Source: Candidatus Poribacteria bacterium
GTDB lineage: Bacteria; Poribacteria; WGA-4E; WGA-3G
NCBI GenBank assembly: GCA_965205015.1
Contig: OZ242029.1
Coordinates: 4,704,001 to 4,768,000, forward strand
DNA: 64,000 nt
Direction: 5' to 3'
A program made the translations under genes and the position numbers. Under the pieces are notes generated by a model. It was not told the DNA's origin. It worked only from the letters and a program-made list of their open reading frames with translations, and ran no database searches. This document shows positions 57,662 through 64,000 of the stretch, piece by piece; position 1 is the stretch's first letter, and each line of letters begins with the position of its first letter.

Positions 57662-60600
57662 ATGCCTAAACGCATTTTAGGGGTGTGCAGGCTATTTTTT
57701 TATCGCATGAAAACGACACAATTTCTCCTCACTTTTTTCATTGGGCTCCTTTTTCTAGCACCGCTGCACCCGGCGCGCCCGCACACCGTAAATGGTAACG
57801 CGAATCACAACGTGGACATTCCGGATACAGTTCTCCGTGGTGTTATCGAAGCCCGACTCAACAAGTCTTCTGGAGCAGACATCACCGCCACCGAGATGGC
57901 AACCTTGGATGAAGTCGTCAAAGCCGACCAAAACATTCATGATCTAACGGGTTTGGAGCATGCAACCGCTTTACAAAAGGTGCGCATCGGGCGCAATCGC
58001 ATACGATTTCCGCCCAGCGGAAGAACGCCACAAAACACCATTTCGGATTTGAGCCCCCTTACGAACCTAACAACGTTGATCGATCTGGACTTTACCACAC
58101 ATCGGATTACAGACATCTCGCCCCTTGCGACTTTAACAGCGTTGACAGACTTAACGCTTTCATACAATTCCGAGCTCACAGATATTTCGCACCTGCGGGG
58201 GTTAACAAGCGTGAAAAATCTTTTCCTTAACGCCTGTAACATCACGGACATAACAGCGATCGGAACGCTAACAAACTTGCGAGTGCTTGAGCTTGGGCGA
58301 AATTGGAACCTCCGGGATATCTCACCCTTGACGAATTTAAGGGATTTGAGAGTTTTGAAGCTTAATAGTACCGCCATCACCCCTGAAGGTCTATCCGCCG
58401 TGCTCCCGGCGTTAGAAGGTGCGAAGCGGCAAGGATCCGGACCAACGTATTGGGCGGGTTTAGACATTACGAACACTGACATCTCGGATCTCTCTGTGTT
58501 AGACAGGATACCCGACGGCGTGGTCCTGCACAACCTGTACCTGCAATACATGGGCACCAGCGCCAGTGAGACTCGCTTTTTTCTACTGAAGGATCTCACC
58601 CCCTTGGTGGATCTCATGAACAAGGGAAAGGTCATCGGTTCAGACACCAATATTCAATTGCGGTGGAACTTCAGACTGGACTATCCGTCCCTTTACGAAG
58701 ACATACCCGCCCTCTTAGCCAGTGTTCGTGGTGTCAGCTATCTTTCGTCTACGCCCGGGCTTGAGAGGGAATCTCCGACAGATGAACCTTACAGAGGCCA
58801 TCCCAGAATACGCCACACGTTTGTCGTGCGTGCCATTAATGACACCCCTTTTGGAAGCTATCCAATTGAGATAACTCGGAACCCTACATTCAACGGGGTG
58901 CCTGTTACGTGGAAGGTTACCGCGCCCGATGACACCCTAACGGAGACGAATGTCGTTACAGGTGACGATGGATTGGCAAGCGTCACCATTACCCTCGGAG
59001 ATGATGGGGAAACGCATACCGTGGAAGCCGTTGTCCCTGCGAACGAACGCGCAGCCACGGAGGGGCCTTCACACCCTGAACTCAAAGTGACCTTCACCGC
59101 CATAGCAGATCAGACAGTCGAACCGCCGCCGAGACCTACCCCACCACAGCCGCCCCGACTCCCCCGACTGACGGTGACGTTCGAGGACTACCCCGAAGAG
59201 AAGCCAGTTGATGAATTGACGCTCACGATCAGGTTTTCCGAACCCGCCATCGGTTTCGAGACGGAGGACATTACCGTAGAAACAGAACTCACCAGTGGGA
59301 AAGGGGATGCCACCTTGACGGACCTGACCCCCGAAACACCAATACACCCCGATAGACCCGAGCCTGACCCCATACAGACCTACACTGCAACCGTGGCACT
59401 CCCCGACCGCGCAAGAGGCACCGTGACACTCATCGTCCGAGAAAATGCCGCAATCACCCCGGCAACTGCCCCTGTGGAGAAGAGGGGTCCCGCTTCAAAT
59501 ACCGCCTCCGACCCCATCGAGTTCGGACGCAGACGTGTGATCGTCTGTCCACCATCTGTCGTGCCTATGGAGACAGTCATCTTCAATGAGTTCCGCAACG
59601 CTGAAAACGATACACACGACTGGATCGAACTCAAGAACATCTCCGATGAAGACGTGTCTCTCGCCGAATGGGAGATCAGTCTTGTCGTCCCGCACGCCAT
59701 CAGTCCGGCGGCACCGCAACAGGAAATCTTCGCAATGGATCGGGATATCGTCGCCTTTGGAGACTACACACTCCCCGCAGGAGGCATCCTGCTGATCGCC
59801 AATACCCACCCCAGTGAGACGGATCTGATACGCGGGCAGGACATCGAAAATCCCAACTATAATCCCGATCTCCTCCCCCACTATCTCATCGCACCGGAGA
59901 TGAAGTTGCCGAGTTCATTTTTGCTCATCCTCCGGAGTGTGCGCGATAAGAACGGTCAACACGAAGGCTTTGAAGACCTCGCAGGCGATTACCACAAAGA
60001 CGATGTCAACTACGCTACCAACATCTGGCCCCTGCTCTGTACCCCTGTCTATACCGGCACGGAGGCACGGTTCACCGTAGGCGACATCTATCAGCGGGTC
60101 ATGGTGCCAAAGGTTTCGTCGAGGACCCTGAACACCACGCCACAGCCCGAGAAACGCGGCTACCTTGAGGGCGCCTGGATGTTAAGTGTCTATCACAGTG
60201 GATTAGGCTATGACCCCGAGGCACCCCCTGAAACGAGTCTCGGCACGCCGGGGTATCCGCTGCCGGGACAACCGACTGAAAAGGGATGGGGAAACATCAG
60301 TTTTTCTGAGGTGATGTATGCGACGAACGATAACGGAGGACTCTCGCAGTGGATAGAACTCTACAACAACACCTCCGAGATCGTGGACCTCACGGATTGG
60401 GAGCTCATGATTGAGGCACGCGACAGCAAAACCGTCCGACGCTGGACATCGCTTCGGTTCAAATCGCTACACATCAGACCGAACGCAACCGTGCTACTGG
60501 TGGGGCGGAACGCCCGAACCTCAGGGAACATCCCTTCCGATCGGATTTACGATCTCTACCGTCGCAACATTGCGGCGTTTCGGCGACTCGGCGAGGGTGC

Positions 60601-61264
60601 GAACCGATTCCTCGGATGGGAGGGGTTTGCGCTGCGGTTGTTCTCCCCCGACGGCACTTTGGTGGATGTCGCGGGGAACCTTGATGGACGGCAAACGCAC
60701 GATAAACCGAAGTGGGAGTTGCCCGATGGCTGGACGAAAACCGGGACGCGTACCTCGTTGATCCGGGGGTATGATGCGCGTGTGCCACGGTTAGGGACGC
60801 TGTCGGGCAGTTTCGTACGGGCGGCGGATACAGCGTTGCTCAAGGGCTATTCGTATTGGGGACTTCCGACCGATAATGGGACCCCGGGGTATCGGCGGGG
60901 GAGTCCACTGCCTGTAACGCTGTCGAGTGTGCGTGCGGATCGTGCCGAGGGCGGGGTCGTAGTGAACTGGACGACGCAATCGGAGATGGAGAACGCCGGG
61001 TTCTATGTGCTGCGAAGTCAGAACAGCAAAACGGGATTCGTGAAAGTGAGCCCGACGCTGATTCCTGGAGCAGGCACGACTGCCGAACGAAGCACGTATA
61101 CCTACCGAGATACCACGGTGCAACCGAATGTGCCGTATTATTATCGGCTCGAAGAGGTCTCGTTATCGGGGGAACGTCGGGTAATGGCGACTGTGCGGCT
61201 ACGGGGACATCTCTTCGCTGCGGGAAAGACGCTTTGGAAGTGGGCGGATGTGAAACGGGAATAG
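57662..61264 (+). CDS. Large secreted protein: internalin-like LRRs, Ig-like domains, two lamin-tail-like domains, C-terminal tag
   Basis: ISDLSPLTNLTTL-type repeats; VIFNEF...DWIELKN and ISFSEVMY...QWIELYN; GTPGY; PLPVTLS...WTTQSEMENAGF; ends GKTLWKWADVKRE. Confidence 0.85.
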   Translation: MPKRILGVCRLFFYRMKTTQFLLTFFIGLLFLAPLHPARPHTVNGNANHNVDIPDTVLRGVIEARLNKSSGADITATEMATLDEVVKADQNIHDLTGLEHATALQKVRIGRNRIRFPPSGRTPQNTISDLSPLTNLTTLIDLDFTTHRITDISPLATLTALTDLTLSYNSELTDISHLRGLTSVKNLFLNACNITDITAIGTLTNLRVLELGRNWNLRDISPLTNLRDLRVLKLNSTAITPEGLSAVLPALEGAKRQGSGPTYWAGLDITNTDISDLSVLDRIPDGVVLHNLYLQYMGTSASETRFFLLKDLTPLVDLMNKGKVIGSDTNIQLRWNFRLDYPSLYEDIPALLASVRGVSYLSSTPGLERESPTDEPYRGHPRIRHTFVVRAINDTPFGSYPIEITRNPTFNGVPVTWKVTAPDDTLTETNVVTGDDGLASVTITLGDDGETHTVEAVVPANERAATEGPSHPELKVTFTAIADQTVEPPPRPTPPQPPRLPRLTVTFEDYPEEKPVDELTLTIRFSEPAIGFETEDITVETELTSGKGDATLTDLTPETPIHPDRPEPDPIQTYTATVALPDRARGTVTLIVRENAAITPATAPVEKRGPASNTASDPIEFGRRRVIVCPPSVVPMETVIFNEFRNAENDTHDWIELKNISDEDVSLAEWEISLVVPHAISPAAPQQEIFAMDRDIVAFGDYTLPAGGILLIANTHPSETDLIRGQDIENPNYNPDLLPHYLIAPEMKLPSSFLLILRSVRDKNGQHEGFEDLAGDYHKDDVNYATNIWPLLCTPVYTGTEARFTVGDIYQRVMVPKVSSRTLNTTPQPEKRGYLEGAWMLSVYHSGLGYDPEAPPETSLGTPGYPLPGQPTEKGWGNISFSEVMYATNDNGGLSQWIELYNNTSEIVDLTDWELMIEARDSKTVRRWTSLRFKSLHIRPNATVLLVGRNARTSGNIPSDRIYDLYRRNIAAFRRLGEGANRFLGWEGFALRLFSPDGTLVDVAGNLDGRQTHDKPKWELPDGWTKTGTRTSLIRGYDARVPRLGTLSGSFVRAADTALLKGYSYWGLPTDNGTPGYRRGSPLPVTLSSVRADRAEGGVVVNWTTQSEMENAGFYVLRSQNSKTGFVKVSPTLIPGAGTTAERSTYTYRDTTVQPNVPYYYRLEEVSLSGERRVMATVRLRGHLFAAGKTLWKWADVKRE

Positions 61265-61461
61265 GGAGCGGCAATAAAAGGACCTTAGGGTAGCAAGAAG
61301 CATGCGAAATTACTAACATGTGTCTTTTTTGACACAACCCTTGAAGTCAAAAAGTCTTATATTATCAGAGTTTGTAACAAGTAACCGATTGGCATCGTTT
61401 ATGCAGGTAGGGTTAGCACAACCCACTACATTCGGCGACGAAAATTTGTAAGGAGAAGGAA

Positions 61462-62742
61462 ATGGAAAAATTAATCGTCAAAGGTGGCACTCGACTGCAA
61501 GGAACGATCCCTGTCAGCGGTTGCAAAAACGCAGTTCTGCCTATCGCCGTTGCCGCTGCAATCCTCGGCGATGGGACAAGCGTCCTTCACAACGTACCGA
61601 ACCTAACAGACGTCAAAACCCTCAATGCTGTGTTGGAAGGACTGGGTGCGACAACAAAAATAAAAGACACCTCGCTCTATATTGAGCCAATAAACCACTT
61701 AGAGTACGAAGCACCTTACGAACTTGTACGAAAAATGCGTGCATCTATCTATGTCCTCGGTCCACTCGTAGCGAAATTAGGGAAGGCAAAAGTGTCGTTC
61801 CCCGGCGGATGTGCGATTGGACCCCGCCCGATCGACTTGCATATCCGAGGCTTAGAACATCTGGGGGCGGACGTCACAGTGGAACGCGGATACATCTACG
61901 CGCAAGCCGAACGCCTCGTTGGTACAGAGATGTATCTCATGGGACAGCACGGTCCCAGCGTCGGTGCGACTGCGAATGTTATGATGGCTGCTACCCTGGC
62001 TGAAGGTACAACGGTGATCCGAGGCGCAGCACGTGAACCCCACGTCTCTGATCTCGCCCGTTTCCTGAATGCAATGGGAGCAGATATAGAAGGCATCGGC
62101 ACCTCTGTGCTGACGATTCACGGCGTTAAACAACTGCGCGGCACCGAACACACCGTTATATCCGACGATATTGAGGCTGGCACCTTCATGGTCGCAGGCG
62201 CTATCACCAGAGGCGATGTTTATGTCAAAGGCATCACCCCCCAACAAATTCCCGCCATCTCAGAAAAACTCACTGAAGCAGGCGTCGAATTAAATTGGGA
62301 TGACGAGGGTGTCCGCGTTACAACACCGCGTGAGATTCAAGGGATTGATGTCACAACAGAACCTTTCCCCGGCTTCCCGACAGATATGCAAGCACAAATT
62401 ATGGGATTGCTCTGCCTCGCCTCCGGGACCAGCATTATCACGGAAAATGTACACACAGATCGCTATATCCATGCCGCGGAACTCAACCGGATGGGGGCGG
62501 ACATCATGCTCGATGGTGGCAAGGCAGTGATTAACGGCGTCCGAGAACTCAGCGGTGCCCCCGTGATGGCTTCCGATCTACGCGCAGGTGCTGTCCTTGT
62601 GGCAGTCGGAATGGCAGCCATCGGTGAAACCGTCGTATCACGGGTCTATCACATCGATCGTGGGTATGAATCCATCGAGGAAAAACTGAACAACATCGGC
62701 GCAAACATTAAAAGAGTCAACGACACCGACGCAGAAGTTTAG
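61462..62742 (+). CDS. murA: UDP-N-acetylglucosamine 1-carboxyvinyltransferase
   Basis: KNAVLP, RKMRAS, PGGCAIGPRPIDLH, SVGAT, FPTDMQAQ, DLRAG, HIDRGY. Confidence 0.97.
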   Translation: MEKLIVKGGTRLQGTIPVSGCKNAVLPIAVAAAILGDGTSVLHNVPNLTDVKTLNAVLEGLGATTKIKDTSLYIEPINHLEYEAPYELVRKMRASIYVLGPLVAKLGKAKVSFPGGCAIGPRPIDLHIRGLEHLGADVTVERGYIYAQAERLVGTEMYLMGQHGPSVGATANVMMAATLAEGTTVIRGAAREPHVSDLARFLNAMGADIEGIGTSVLTIHGVKQLRGTEHTVISDDIEAGTFMVAGAITRGDVYVKGITPQQIPAISEKLTEAGVELNWDDEGVRVTTPREIQGIDVTTEPFPGFPTDMQAQIMGLLCLASGTSIITENVHTDRYIHAAELNRMGADIMLDGGKAVINGVRELSGAPVMASDLRAGAVLVAVGMAAIGETVVSRVYHIDRGYESIEEKLNNIGANIKRVNDTDAEV

Positions 62743-62800
62743 ATGTCTAATGCGCTAAAGTCCAGCGGGGCGACATCTGTGTAGGAAGGATCACTGCAGC

Positions 62801-64000
62801 ATGTTACAAATTGTCGAGACAGGTACCCGAGAAGCTGAAGATTTTCTCTCAAAATTGAAGGCGCGCGGCAAACTCACAGATGAAAGTATCTTAAAGACAG
62901 TCCGGCGCACTTTGAATGATGTGCAAGCCGAAGGGGATAAGGCAGTTGTCCGCTATACGCGCAAACTCGACGCACCCCGTATCTCGGCAAAAGAACTAAA
63001 GGTATCACGAGAGGAATTTGGGGAAGCCTATTTAGAGGTCCCCTCTGATTTTATAGACGCGATTACGCACGCCAGAACAAACATCGAAAAATTCCACCAG
63101 AAACAGTTACGGACGTCATGGATGTCAACAGAACCCAACGGTGTCCTGCTCGGACATCTGATTCGTCCGCTAAAGCGTGTCGGTGTTCACGTCCCAGCCA
63201 TCAGCCAACTCCTCGTCTCTTCATTGCTGATGAACGTCATCCCAGCGACTGTTGCGGGTGTTGAAGAAATCGCCGTCTGTATCCCTCCGATGCGGAATCG
63301 GGAGATAAACCCGTATATGCTGGTTGCCGCCGCAGAATGCGGGATCCAAGAAGTCTACAAGTGTGGCGGCGCACAAGCCGTCGCCGCGATGGCGTACGGT
63401 ACCAAGACCATCCCATCTGTCGATAAAATTGTTGGACCGGGAAACCTCTATGTCCAATTTGCTAAGAAAGAGGTTTATGGACACGTTGATATAGACAAAT
63501 TAGCGGGTCCCAGTGAAATCCTTGTCATCGCTGACAGCACAGCCGACCCAGATTACGTCGCTGCAGATCTCATTTCACAAGCAGAACACAAAGGGGACTC
63601 CGCCGCAATCCTCATCACCCCTTCACTTGGATTCGCCGAACAGGTCAAATCCGCGATCGAGGTTCAGGGTGAATCCTTACCTCGCCGAGATGAACTGACA
63701 GAGGCATTTGCAAACTTCGGTGCCGCGTTTATCACCGCAGATCTATCCGAGGCATTCATCCTCGCCAACGAAATTGCCCCGGAACACCTTGAACTTCACA
63801 TCGAAAATCCCTATGATCGGCTCGGAGATGTCCATAATGCCGGTGCTATCCTCATCGGTCCCTATTCGCCAGAAGCCGTCGGAGATTACATTGCAGGACC
63901 CAACCATACCTTGCCCACAGGGACAGCCGCCCGTTACGCCTCACCACTCGGTGTTGACGATTTCCTAAAAAAGTCAAGTCTCATCTCATACACCAAAGCG
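62801..64000 (+). CDS. hisD: Histidinol dehydrogenase (truncated by window end; absent from the ORF track)
   Basis: Manual translation from ATG 62801: GGAQAVAAMAYGT, VDKIVGPGN, AGPSEI, SQAEH, APEHLE, GDYIAGPNHTLPT. Confidence 0.93.
   Translation, partial: MLQIVETGTREAEDFLSKLKARGKLTDESILKTVRRTLNDVQAEGDKAVVRYTRKLDAPRISAKELKVSREEFGEAYLEVPSDFIDAITHARTNIEKFHQKQLRTSWMSTEPNGVLLGHLIRPLKRVGVHVPAISQLLVSSLLMNVIPATVAGVEEIAVCIPPMRNREINPYMLVAAAECGIQEVYKCGGAQAVAAMAYGTKTIPSVDKIVGPGNLYVQFAKKEVYGHVDIDKLAGPSEILVIADSTADPDYVAADLISQAEHKGDSAAILITPSLGFAEQVKSAIEVQGESLPRRDELTEAFANFGAAFITADLSEAFILANEIAPEHLELHIENPYDRLGDVHNAGAILIGPYSPEAVGDYIAGPNHTLPTGTAARYASPLGVDDFLKKSSLISYTKA

Noticed and set aside
57937-58650. 237-aa minus-strand ORF
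   Set aside because: Antisense to the LRR repeats; an open frame is expected from repetitive codon structure.
63221-63968. Short ORFs listed near the window end
   Set aside because: They are alternative frames over hisD, which the track missed because it has no stop in the window.

Overview
A gene-dense bacterial window with about 45 CDS, one tnpA-less IS200/IS605 (TnpB) element and several dispersed intergenic repeat families. I recognised no rRNA, tRNA or CRISPR array. The gene content resembles Candidatus Poribacteria (an inference, not tested): two PhyH dioxygenases, a sulfatase, Gfo/Idh/MocA oxidoreductases, Kelch/TPR/WD40/LRR/FG-GAP repeat proteins and a recurring C-terminal KLxTxWxxxK tag. 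Housekeeping genes include a dapL-like fragment, moaB, rluD, truA, murA and a partial hisD. Best leads: (1) an upstream ORF, C9 tract and terminator arranged as a frameshift or phase-variation switch for a 1200-aa LRR surface protein; (2) a small membrane-protein gene with a strong internal RBS that would yield a nested 69-aa EGKAEGKAE protein, like Rpn intragenic antitoxins; (3) a PspA/ESCRT-III-like gene paired with a tandem AAA+ ATPase whose start may be non-canonical; (4) a shared C-terminal sorting-like tag on six secreted proteins. All family calls come from reading motifs by eye; no database search was run.
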